Positions 9,413-18,293 of a DNA stretch of 64,000 nucleotides are shown here, piece by piece; position 1 is the stretch's first letter; every line of letters begins with the position of its first letter. This DNA comes from an uncultured Candidatus Binatia bacterium (GTDB lineage: Bacteria; Desulfobacterota; Binatia; UBA9968; JAJDTQ01), in the NCBI GenBank assembly GCA_965242525.1, contig OZ251459.1, forward strand, positions 992,001 through 1,056,000. The letters are read 5' to 3'. The notes under the pieces are model-generated. The model was given only the letters and a program-made list of their open reading frames with translations, searched no databases and was not told where the DNA came from. The position numbers and the translations under genes are program-made.

Positions 9413-9418
9413 TATAAT
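9410..9418 (+). promoter_or_regulatory. Extended -10 promoter (TGcTATAAT), probably giving a leaderless fadD mRNA
   Basis: Perfect TGnTATAAT ending 6 nt before the ATG at 9425; no Shine-Dalgarno. Confidence 0.6.
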
Positions 9419-9424
9419 GCTTCC

Positions 9425-11233
9425 ATGACTTACCGAAGCCTCGCCGACCTGTTCCTGTCCCAGGCGGACGCAAGGAAGGACCGCATCCTGTACCGTTTCT
9501 GGCGGGACGGGGCGTGGCGCAGCCAGACCTGGGCGGAAGCGGCCGCGGAGGTCGAGAGCATGGCCCTGGGACTGGTCGCCGCGGGAGTAGGGAAGGGCGA
9601 CCGCGTGGCCCTGTACGCCGCCAACCGGGTGGAGTGGTGCCTGCTGGACTGGGCGAACGTCTGCATCGGCGCCCTGACCGTCCCCCTCTATGCTTCCAGC
9701 ACCCCGGCCCAGGTCTCCTACGTGGTGGAGCATTCGGGGGCGTCGGTCCTGGTGGTGGACTCCCGGGCGAACCTGGAGAAGCTCCATGCGTCCGCGGCGG
9801 TCCCGGCCTCGGTGAAGACCACGGTGCTGCTGGACCCGGAGGCCGAGCCCCCGGGCTCCGACCGGGAGCGGCGCGTGTTCTCCCTGGAACGGTTGCAGGA
9901 GATGGGGCGGGACTACGGCCGGGAGCGCCCCGGCGTCTTCCGCGAGTTGGCCGGGGCGTTGACGCCGGAGGACGACCTCACCATCATCTACACCTCGGGC
10001 ACCACCGGGGAGCCCAAGGGCGTCCTCACCACCCACGGACACTACCTGTTCACCATCGCGTCGTCCCTGGCCGCCATGCCCGTCAGCGAGGACGACGTGG
10101 CCTTGCAGTTCCTGCCCCTGGCCCACTCCTTCGGGCGGCTGGAGCATTTCGTCGTGGTGGCGAGGGGCTACGTCTGCGCCTTCGCGCGGTCGGTGGAGAC
10201 CCTGTCCGCGGACCTGCAGGCGGTGCGGCCCACGCTGCTGTTCTCGGTGCCGCGGGTGTACGAGAACGCCCACCGGCGCATCCTCGGGCGGGTCGAGGGC
10301 AGCAGTCCCCTCAAGCAACGGCTCTTCCGATGGGCCCTCTCCGTGGGCAAACGGTACAACGACGCCGCCCGGAAGGGCTCGAGGCTCGGCCGATGGTTGC
10401 GGCTCCGCCACGGACTGGCGGACGCCCTGGTCCTCTCCAAAGTCAGGGCGGGCCTGGGCGGGCGGCTGCGGCTGGCCATATCGGGGGGCGCGCCGCTTTC
10501 GGCCCCCATCGCGGACTTCTTCCAGGCCCTGGGGGTCTGGATCGTGGAGGGCTACGGGCTTACCGAGACCTCGACAGTGACCCACGTGAACCGGCTGGAC
10601 CGCTACCGCATCGGCACGGTGGGGCTGCCCCTGGACGGGGTGGAGTGCCGCATCGCCGACGACGGGGAGATCCTCATCCGGGGCGCCAACGTGATGAAAG
10701 GCTACTTCAGGGAACCGGACGCCACGCGCGAGCAGGTCGGGGAGGACGGCTGGCTCCACACCGGGGACGTGGGCTCCGTCGAGGACGGGGGGTTCCTGCG
10801 CATCACCGACCGGAAGAAGGACCTCATCGTCACCTCCGGCGGCAAGAACGTCGCGCCGCAGATGGTCGAGAACCACCTGCGCCAGGAGCCGCTCATCAGC
10901 CAAGCCATGGTGTGGGGCGACCGGAGCAGCCATCTGGTGGCCCTGCTCACCCTGGACCCCGACGAGGCGCGTCGTTGGGCCGAGAAGGAAGGGGTCCGGT
11001 GGGAGCGGCCCGAGGAAGCGTCGTCCGACCCCCGCCTGGCCGCGCACCTCAGGCAACGGGTCCGCGAACGGAACCGGGAGCTGGCGGCTTTCGAGGCCGT
11101 CCGCGACTTCCGCATACTGCCGGAGGACTTCTCCACCCGCACCGGAGAGTTGACCCCCAGCCTGAAGCTGAAACGCCGGATCGTGAGGGAGCGCTACGGG
11201 GAGCTGCTCGACGAGATGCTGAAGCAGCGCTGA
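9425..11233 (+). CDS. fadD: Long-chain fatty acid-CoA ligase (AMP-binding)
   Basis: YTSGTTGEPKG, EGYGLTE, GWLHTGDVG, ITDRKKDLIVTSGGKN and TPSLKLKR. Confidence 0.9.
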   Translation: MTYRSLADLFLSQADARKDRILYRFWRDGAWRSQTWAEAAAEVESMALGLVAAGVGKGDRVALYAANRVEWCLLDWANVCIGALTVPLYASSTPAQVSYVVEHSGASVLVVDSRANLEKLHASAAVPASVKTTVLLDPEAEPPGSDRERRVFSLERLQEMGRDYGRERPGVFRELAGALTPEDDLTIIYTSGTTGEPKGVLTTHGHYLFTIASSLAAMPVSEDDVALQFLPLAHSFGRLEHFVVVARGYVCAFARSVETLSADLQAVRPTLLFSVPRVYENAHRRILGRVEGSSPLKQRLFRWALSVGKRYNDAARKGSRLGRWLRLRHGLADALVLSKVRAGLGGRLRLAISGGAPLSAPIADFFQALGVWIVEGYGLTETSTVTHVNRLDRYRIGTVGLPLDGVECRIADDGEILIRGANVMKGYFREPDATREQVGEDGWLHTGDVGSVEDGGFLRITDRKKDLIVTSGGKNVAPQMVENHLRQEPLISQAMVWGDRSSHLVALLTLDPDEARRWAEKEGVRWERPEEASSDPRLAAHLRQRVRERNRELAAFEAVRDFRILPEDFSTRTGELTPSLKLKRRIVRERYGELLDEMLKQR

Positions 11234-11248
11234 ACGCGGAAAGTCCGA

Positions 11249-11324
11249 TGGAGGCGGCGGGCGGATTCGAACCGCCGCATGGAGGTTTTGCAGACCTCTC
11301 CCTTAACCACTTGGGTACGCCGCC
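11249..11324 (-). tRNA. tRNA-Cys(GCA)
   Basis: GGCGGCGTACCCAAGTGGTTAAGGGAGAGGTCTGCAAAACCTCCATGCGGCGGTTCGAATCCGCCCGCCGCCTCCA: acceptor stem, GCA anticodon, TTCGAA loop and encoded CCA. Confidence 0.97.
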
Positions 11325-11411
11325 GGACAGGGGAACGTGTAACACGGGCAGGGGAGGCTTTCAAGCGCCGGGAGGTTGAACAAACCCGGAAAATTGCCTA
11401 TTTTACCTTTC

Positions 11412-11709
11412 GGAAACCCTGAACGATTCAGGTGGCGTGAGCGCGTCCTTCGACTCCGCTTCGCTACGCTCAGGACGAACGGAGGTCTCCGCTTCGCTGG
11501 ACCGGGACGTGCTTTCCCACAGGGAGACGGAGTTCAAGCCGGGATTGTTCAGGGTTTCCCTTTCAGGGCAGAAACCTTTGAACAATCGAGACATCCGGGA
11601 TGGATTCCCAATTCCTTCACCCTGACCTCTATCCCCGTTCGTCCTGAGCGTAGCGAAGCGGAGTCGAAGGACGCGCTCATGCCGCCTGTCCCGATTGTTC
11701 AGAGGTTCC
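11412..11709. mobile_element. Two adjacent family A copies with oppositely oriented cores (11412-11559 and 11570-11709)
   Basis: Each is bounded by GGAAACCCTGAACGAT-type TIRs and carries the core repeat. Confidence 0.8.
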
Positions 11710-11783
11710 GGTAGTCGATTCCGGCCGCAAGGGCGCTCCTTGCGCGGTTGCGGCCGGTGGAACGGGTTGAGGAGCTTTCTTCC

Positions 11784-13163
11784 ATGGCGACGATGATAAC
11801 CAGCGAGTGCATCAATTGCGGCGCTTGCGAACCGGAGTGTCCCAACGAAGCCATCACCCAGAACGATGATATCTACGTCATCGATCCGGTGCTGTGCACG
11901 GAATGCGTCGGTTTCCACGACTATGAAGCGTGCGCCGCGGTCTGTCCGGTGGACTGCTGCGTGACCGACCCCAACAACGTCGAGCCGGAGGAAGCGCTCA
12001 TCGACCGGGCGCGGGTGCTGCACGAGGACGTGGACTTCGGCGACGACTTCGAGTCCCGCTTCCGTACCGGGGAGACCGCTGCCGCGGCGCCCGCCGAGGC
12101 CCCCGCGGCAGCGCCTCCGGACGCGGGCAACGGAGCCGCGGCCCAGGCGCCAATCCCGGCCGCGGCGCCTGCACCCGCAGCCGCGCCGGTCCCGGCCGCG
12201 GCGCCTCCTCCCGCGGCCGCGGTCCCCGCTCCCGCGGAAGAGCCGGAGGAAGAGCCCGAGCCCGCGCCCCGGGCGCCCAAGGTCTTTCCCGACCAGTTGC
12301 CCATGGGGTTCGAGGAGTTGGCGCAGAAGGTCCAGGCCAGCGAATCGCGCTTGGCGCGGCTGTCGCTGTTCCTGCTGCAACCCCTGCTGGGCGCCTTGCC
12401 TGCGGCTTCCCGGGACGCCCTGGCGGAGTTGGCCGGCCGCCCCTACTTCGTGGCGGGGGCCGCGGTCTCCCTCAACATGATCCTCGACATGATCCTCTAT
12501 CCGGTGGCGTTCGTGGCCGCGGGGCTTGCGCTCGAAGGCATGAGCCTCGCCTTCGACAAGGGCGTGAACCTGTACATACTCGCGGGCTTCGTGGCCGCCC
12601 TGGCGGAAGTGCTGTACCGCCTGCGCGAGAGCGTGTTCCGGGCCGTGCCCGCGGAGACCGTCACCCTGGGACCGGCCTTCTACGGCGTCCCGTTGGCGCT
12701 CCTGCTGCAACCCTTCCTGTCCGGCCGGGCAGAGTTGCTGCGCCGGGTCCCGGTGCCGGTGGAGGGTTTCTACGACTCCCGGTTCGTGGAGAAACTGGAG
12801 CGCGAGAGGCGCTACGGCCATGCCTACACGGTGGAGGACCTGGGCAAGGCCTACCACCTGAGGCTGGAGTTCCCCACGCAAGTGCCGCGGCTGGGCATCG
12901 CCATGGCGCCGAGACTGCCCGAGAGGATGCCGGACTACGATTACGACCTGCTGTTGAAGGAAGGCCAACTCATCGTCAAGGGCAAGCTGCCGGACTCCCG
13001 CATCCGGAAGATATCCTCGAGCATCGGCGCCTTCCCGCCCGAGTTCACCACGGTCATCCCGCTCCAGGAGCGGGTCTATGGTTTCTCGCACCACCTGGGC
13101 AGCAAGGTCCTGGACGTGCTCCTGCTCAAGGAGAGCGCGGCGAGGCTGGGGTGGATCACCTAG
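11784..13163 (+). CDS. YfhL-type 2x[4Fe-4S] ferredoxin fused to an Ala/Pro linker, membrane segments and an HSP20-like C-terminal domain
   Basis: CINCGACEPECP and CTECVGFHDYEACAAVCPVDCC motifs; GAGGAG RBS; hydrophobic segments; C-terminal alpha-crystallin-like pattern (tentative). Confidence 0.75.
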   Translation: MATMITSECINCGACEPECPNEAITQNDDIYVIDPVLCTECVGFHDYEACAAVCPVDCCVTDPNNVEPEEALIDRARVLHEDVDFGDDFESRFRTGETAAAAPAEAPAAAPPDAGNGAAAQAPIPAAAPAPAAAPVPAAAPPPAAAVPAPAEEPEEEPEPAPRAPKVFPDQLPMGFEELAQKVQASESRLARLSLFLLQPLLGALPAASRDALAELAGRPYFVAGAAVSLNMILDMILYPVAFVAAGLALEGMSLAFDKGVNLYILAGFVAALAEVLYRLRESVFRAVPAETVTLGPAFYGVPLALLLQPFLSGRAELLRRVPVPVEGFYDSRFVEKLERERRYGHAYTVEDLGKAYHLRLEFPTQVPRLGIAMAPRLPERMPDYDYDLLLKEGQLIVKGKLPDSRIRKISSSIGAFPPEFTTVIPLQERVYGFSHHLGSKVLDVLLLKESAARLGWIT

Positions 13164-13189
13164 CGGTCCCCAGGCCGCCGGAGCCGCCC

Positions 13190-13678
13190 ATGTCCACACC
13201 GGCCGGCGAGGGTTGGCGCTTTCGGGGCATGACCGTGGCCGACATCGACGAGGTCATGGCCATCGAAAGGGCTTCGTTCGCCAGTCCCTGGAGCCGCCAG
13301 TTCTTCCTGGACGAGTTGTGCGCGGACCGCGCCAACTCCGTGTTGTGCCAGGTCGAAGGCAAGCCCGTGGGCTACGTCATCTACTGGGAGCTGCCCGAGG
13401 AGATGGACATCCACAACGTCGCGGTCCACCCGCAACACCGGCGGCGGGGAGTCGGCCGCGCCATGCTCGGCCACGTCATGGACCAGGGCGCGAGGAAGGG
13501 CCTCCGTCGGATGACCCTCGAGGTCCGAAGGTCCAACGACGCCGCCCAGTCCCTCTACCGTTCCCTGGGATTCCAGGTCTGCGGCCTGCGCAAGGGATAC
13601 TATTCCGACAACGCAGAGGACGCCTGGGTCATGGAGCGACGGCTTCGGGAGCCGCGTCCCGAACTTTTCCGAAGCTGA
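13190..13678 (+). CDS. rimI: Ribosomal protein S18-alanine N-acetyltransferase
   Basis: IERASFASPWS, NVAVHPQHRRRGVG, LEVRRSN, GLRKGYY and EDAWVM. Confidence 0.92.
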   Translation: MSTPAGEGWRFRGMTVADIDEVMAIERASFASPWSRQFFLDELCADRANSVLCQVEGKPVGYVIYWELPEEMDIHNVAVHPQHRRRGVGRAMLGHVMDQGARKGLRRMTLEVRRSNDAAQSLYRSLGFQVCGLRKGYYSDNAEDAWVMERRLREPRPELFRS

Positions 13679-13734
13679 CCCAATACATTGAATCAAAGGA
13701 CTCAATCCTATTGAATCGTTAGGGTTTATTTCCC

Positions 13735-13763
13735 TTGACGGCTTCCCCCTGCTACTGTATCAT
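13735..13763 (+). promoter_or_regulatory. Sigma70-type promoter of carD
   Basis: TTGACG-N17-TATCAT with an AT-rich upstream region. Confidence 0.7.
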
Positions 13764-13917
13764 AATGGGGAGCCGCTGATGGTGAAAGAGAACCCTCGTT
13801 GACATACCCACTTCCAATCCCGGCCTCTCCCGCCCTGACCGCCTTCCTCCGGATCCACCGGTTGGCCGCTTCCCATGGCGTTTCGATACACGGGGTCTGA
13901 TTTTCAAGGAGAACGGA

Positions 13918-14403
13918 ATGTTCAAGGTCGGAGAGAAGGTTGTCTATCCTGCGCATGGAGTCGGCGAGATCGAAGCGGTGCGAATCCAGGTGATATCCGG
14001 GACCGAGAGAAAGTTCTACATGCTGCGCATCCTCGACACCGACATGAAGATCATGGTGCCGGTGGACAACGCCATGGCCGTGGGCCTGAGGAAGATCATC
14101 GACAAGACCACGGTGACGCGCGTGTACCGGATCCTGCGCGAGAAGAAGAAGCCTCCCATGGACCAGCAGACCTGGAACCGCCGGTACCGCGAATACACCG
14201 AGAAGATCAAGACCGGCTCGGTCATCGAGATCGCCGCCGTGCTCAGGGACCTGTTCCTGTTGCGGAACGACAAGGAGCTTTCCTTCGGCGAACGGAAGGT
14301 GCTGGACACGGCAAGGAACCTGCTCGTGAAGGAGCTGTCCATCGCGCGGTCCCACACCGAGGAAAAGATCATGGAGGACCTGAGCCACATCTTTACCCAG
14401 TAG
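13918..14403 (+). CDS. carD: CarD/CdnL family RNA polymerase-binding regulator
   Basis: MFKVGEKVVYPAHGVG, WNRRYREY and LSFGERK; AAGGAG RBS. Confidence 0.96.
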   Translation: MFKVGEKVVYPAHGVGEIEAVRIQVISGTERKFYMLRILDTDMKIMVPVDNAMAVGLRKIIDKTTVTRVYRILREKKKPPMDQQTWNRRYREYTEKIKTGSVIEIAAVLRDLFLLRNDKELSFGERKVLDTARNLLVKELSIARSHTEEKIMEDLSHIFTQ

Positions 14404-14426
14404 CGTGTGGTCTCCCGGTCCGTTGG

Positions 14427-14460
14427 AAGAGCCGAGGGAACCCCCTTCGGCTCTTTTTTT
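14427..14460 (+). terminator. Rho-independent terminator between carD and ispD
   Basis: Stem AAGAGCCGAGGG/CCTTCGGCTCTT running into a T-tract. Confidence 0.75.
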
Positions 14461-14479
14461 GCCGCAAGGAGGGCCCCTG

Positions 14480-15169
14480 GTGAGAGTCAACGCCGTCATC
14501 GTGGCCGCGGGGAGAGGGACCAGGGTCGGAGGCGGTGAGTCCAAGGTGCTCCTGCCGGTGGCCGGACAGCCGCTGCTCCTCCACGCTCTCCACCGATTTC
14601 GGCGCTCCCGGGAGGTCCGCAAGGCCGTGGTGGTGGCGCCCCGCGCAGACCTGGGGCGGTACGAAGACCTGGTACGGACGGCGCCGCTGGAGCCCCTGGA
14701 GACGGTGGTGCGGCCGGGCGGGTCCCGCCGCCAGGACTCCGTCCGGGCAGGCCTCGACGCCCTCGACCCGGACTGCGAGTTCGTCCTGGTCCACGACGGA
14801 GCCAGGCCCTTTCCCGCCCCCGACCTCATCGACCGCTGCGCTAGGGAGTCCTGCCGCAACCGTTCGGTCACCGCCGCGGTGCCGGTGCGGTACACCATCA
14901 AGACCGTGGTTCGCGGACGAGTGGAGCAGACCCTGCCCCGGAGCGAGCTGTGGGAGATCCAGACCCCGCAGGCGTTTCCCGTGGGTCTGCTGCGGGACGC
15001 GTATGCGCGGGCGGCCGCGGAAGGCGTGACCGCCACCGATGACGCCATGCTGGTGGAGCGGCTGGGGGCGCCGGTCCGGGTGGTGGAGGGGAGCGCCACG
15101 AACCTGAAGGTCACCTACCCCGAGGACCTGCTCTTCGCGGAGGTCCTCGCGGCCCGGGGGCTGGCGTGA
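14480..15169 (+). CDS. ispD: 2-C-methyl-D-erythritol 4-phosphate cytidylyltransferase
   Basis: AAGRGTR, GGSRRQDSV, VHDGARP, QTPQAF, TDDA and NLKVTYPEDL; GTG start after AGGAGG. Confidence 0.95.
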   Translation: MRVNAVIVAAGRGTRVGGGESKVLLPVAGQPLLLHALHRFRRSREVRKAVVVAPRADLGRYEDLVRTAPLEPLETVVRPGGSRRQDSVRAGLDALDPDCEFVLVHDGARPFPAPDLIDRCARESCRNRSVTAAVPVRYTIKTVVRGRVEQTLPRSELWEIQTPQAFPVGLLRDAYARAAAEGVTATDDAMLVERLGAPVRVVEGSATNLKVTYPEDLLFAEVLAARGLA

Positions 15170-15185
15170 AGACCCCGCGCGGGTC

Positions 15186-16100
<915 letters not shown>

Positions 16101-16138
16101 GGGGTTGCGGGGCGCGCCGGAGCAGGGCGGGAAGCCCC

Positions 16139-17254
16139 TCAGACTCCGGCGCCGCCCGGGGCCCGTTCCAGCCGGTACGGCAGTACGGACATGCCGGCAT
16201 ACGCCTTGGCCGCGGTTCGAGCGCCCCGTTGGACCACCACCTTGAAGTAGCTGATGCCCTGGCGGACCACGTAGATCGCTCCTTCTCCGAGCAGCCGTTC
16301 GACGCCCGGCCAGCGCCGCAGCCCGTCGGCTTTCCCGGGAACGCACCAGCCCTGCTCCGTGACCCGGTCTATGAAGGGGTTCCACCCCATGGGGTCGGCG
16401 TCGAACCATCTCACGGGGCGGTACAGCTCCAGGCCGAGCCGCGGCCCGATCCCCTGCGCGGTGACTTCCAGGCCGACGGCGACGTAGGCGGTCAGGTCCT
16501 CCATGGCGGAGAGCACGGCCGCCGCCGCGTCCGTCGACCCGGGCCACTCCAAGCGTTCCAGCAGGGGGGGGACTTCCTCCTGCGCGGCGCCCCAGACGAG
16601 GATGCGGAACGCCTTGGGGGAGCGCCCCGGGAGGGCTCCCGCCTGGAACACGAAAGCCCTTTCCGGCAGGGCCGCGACGATGCGGTCCACCGTTGGCAGC
16701 ATCTCCCGGTGGCCGCTCCAGCCTGCGGTCAGGGCCAGCGCCTCGAGCAGGGCGGCAGGGTCCCGATGCTCGGTAAAGCCCTCCCGGGACCCGGGGGCGG
16801 AGGCCCGGGGCGGGAAGAAGATGCCCGGGGGCGGCGCCGGCCGGTGCGGCGCGAGCCCCGCCAAGTCGTACTCCAGCATCATCGCGCGCACTCCTCGGGC
16901 CAGGTACGAGTCCGTATCCGCGGCCTGTTGCTCGAGTCCGGCCGCGAGAGCGGCCGCCGGCGACCCGGGTTCGGCGCGCTTTCCCTCGCTGACGTAGTGC
17001 CGCGCCAAGTCCGATCCCGGTACCGCCATCACCACGAGGTCGGCGTCCGCGCTCGGCTCCGCGAGATGGAACTCGAAGCCGAAGTGGGTGTCGGCAACGG
17101 AACGGGGCAGCGGCTCCGCCCCCCGCATGACTCGCTCCCAGCCCCCGGCGTCGAGCAGCGCGGGCGGAAAAAGGGAACGGCATCCCCGGAGGACCGTGGC
17201 AAAGGAGCCGCGCGCGGCTCCTGCCGATGGGTCGTCTCCCGTGCCCACTTCCAT
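16139..17254 (-). CDS. Putative RiPP maturase, ABBA/DMATS-type prenyltransferase-like (371 aa)
   Basis: Directly downstream of the NHLP precursor. Soluble alternating alpha/beta pattern with motifs FGFEFHL, MLEYD, GRSPKAFRI, GPRLGLELY, SYFKVV and AKAY. The fold assignment is by pattern recognition only. Confidence 0.55.
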   Translation of the reverse strand: MEVGTGDDPSAGAARGSFATVLRGCRSLFPPALLDAGGWERVMRGAEPLPRSVADTHFGFEFHLAEPSADADLVVMAVPGSDLARHYVSEGKRAEPGSPAAALAAGLEQQAADTDSYLARGVRAMMLEYDLAGLAPHRPAPPPGIFFPPRASAPGSREGFTEHRDPAALLEALALTAGWSGHREMLPTVDRIVAALPERAFVFQAGALPGRSPKAFRILVWGAAQEEVPPLLERLEWPGSTDAAAAVLSAMEDLTAYVAVGLEVTAQGIGPRLGLELYRPVRWFDADPMGWNPFIDRVTEQGWCVPGKADGLRRWPGVERLLGEGAIYVVRQGISYFKVVVQRGARTAAKAYAGMSVLPYRLERAPGGAGV

Positions 17255-17270
17255 GCCTCGCGCCCCGACC

Positions 17271-17302
17271 GGCGGTCTTGCCGCAGGACGGCAGACCCTG
17301 CC
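17271..17302 (-). other. Stem-loop between the precursor and maturase genes
   Basis: GGCGGTCTTGCCG-CAGGA-CGGCAGACCCTGCC (+ strand). Confidence 0.5.
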
Positions 17303-17318
17303 CCGCGTCAGCGGAACC

Positions 17319-17594
17319 CTACCGCCACCCCACCTCGCCCCAATCGATGCCTCCGGCCACATGCACCAGGTCGGCTTCCCCGAGATTGGCGGAGGGCGGA
17401 AGGACCAGGTGGCTGGTGTCCGCGGTTTCCTCGTGGACCTCGATGTTGAACCCGGAGGGCACGGTCACGCCGGTTTCCGCCTTGATCGCGGCCTTGGGGT
17501 CCGCCATCAATTGGCTGCGGAACTCGCTGTCCACGGTCGACTTTTCGATCAGGTGCTCGCGCAGCTCACTGATGGTCATCGTTTTCTCGTCCAT
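17319..17594 (-). CDS. NHLP (nitrile hydratase-like leader) RiPP precursor, proteusin type; predicted core IDWGEVGWR
   Basis: LIEKSTVDSEFRSQLMADPKAAI...P...IEVHEET...HLVLPP and double-glycine cleavage motif LGEADLVHVAGG; AAGGAG RBS. Confidence 0.92.
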   Translation of the reverse strand: MDEKTMTISELREHLIEKSTVDSEFRSQLMADPKAAIKAETGVTVPSGFNIEVHEETADTSHLVLPPSANLGEADLVHVAGGIDWGEVGWR

Positions 17595-17680
17595 GTCCCT
17601 CTCCTTCGGCAGCCTGCACGCGGCCGCGCAAGCGAAATTCGGACGCGCTGCGCTTCGGGTGCGCAGCACGCCGTTCATGG

Positions 17681-17709
17681 AGAGTACGATACGGCCGACC
17701 CGATGTCAA
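17681..17709 (-). promoter_or_regulatory. Sigma70-type promoter of the NHLP precursor
   Basis: Minus strand TTGACA-N17-TACTCT. Confidence 0.65.
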
Positions 17710-17795
17710 GGTTTCGCACTCACGGAAATGCCTTATCCGGTATTTCCGTGGTCAGTGCGGCGGCGGGTTCCGGCGGCGCCTCGCAACCCTCCGCC

Positions 17796-17824
17796 TTGAC
17801 ACCGGTGGTGGGCAAATCAATAAT
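17796..17824 (+). promoter_or_regulatory. Sigma70-type promoter of the DUF1844-degP operon
   Basis: TTGACA-N17-AATAAT. Confidence 0.55.
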
Positions 17825-17852
17825 GGGGGCAGTACAGGGTGAAGGAGAGCGC

Positions 17853-18293
17853 ATGGCGGAGGAAACAGACACGCAGAAGGGGTTCAAGGTCCACGACAAA
17901 CGCCGGTTCACCGACGAAGGCGAGGCCCGGGAGCAGCAGCCCGCGGGGGAGCCGGCCCCCTCGGAAGAGCAGCAGCCCGCGGAGCCCGGCGCGGAGACGC
18001 GCGCCGTTCCCGTCGGCGATCCCGGGGACCGCCGGGACGAGCTGCCGTCCATCGACTTCTCCACGTTCATCATCAGCTTGAGCACCCAGGCCCTCATGCA
18101 CCTGGGGGAGATGAACGACCCGGTCACGGGCAAGGTGGAGAAGGACGTGGCGGTGGCCAAGCAGACCATCGACATCATCGGCATGTTGAGCGAGAAGAGC
18201 AGGGGCAACCTGGACGAGGCCGAGGAACAGCTCGTGAAGGAAGTGCTGTACAACCTCAGGATGAGGTACGTGGAGGCCGTTCGCACCCCATGA
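17853..18293 (+). CDS. DUF1844 domain protein
   Basis: GFKVHDKRRF, IDFSTFIISL, ALMHLG, AKQTIDII.ML.EK..GNL and LRMRYV. Confidence 0.88.
   Translation: MAEETDTQKGFKVHDKRRFTDEGEAREQQPAGEPAPSEEQQPAEPGAETRAVPVGDPGDRRDELPSIDFSTFIISLSTQALMHLGEMNDPVTGKVEKDVAVAKQTIDIIGMLSEKSRGNLDEAEEQLVKEVLYNLRMRYVEAVRTP

Noticed and set aside
11249-11324. tRNA-Cys as an integration site
   Set aside because: No duplicated tRNA 3' end and no integrase seen in the window.
13767-13874. 6S RNA or SRP RNA
   Set aside because: Too short for 6S and lacking its second stem; no SRP CAGG...AGCA motif. Kept only as an unassigned structured leader.
17319-17594. Nitrile hydratase alpha subunit fragment
   Set aside because: It lacks the metal-binding CxxCSC motif and ends in a double-glycine site plus short core, typical of an NHLP precursor.
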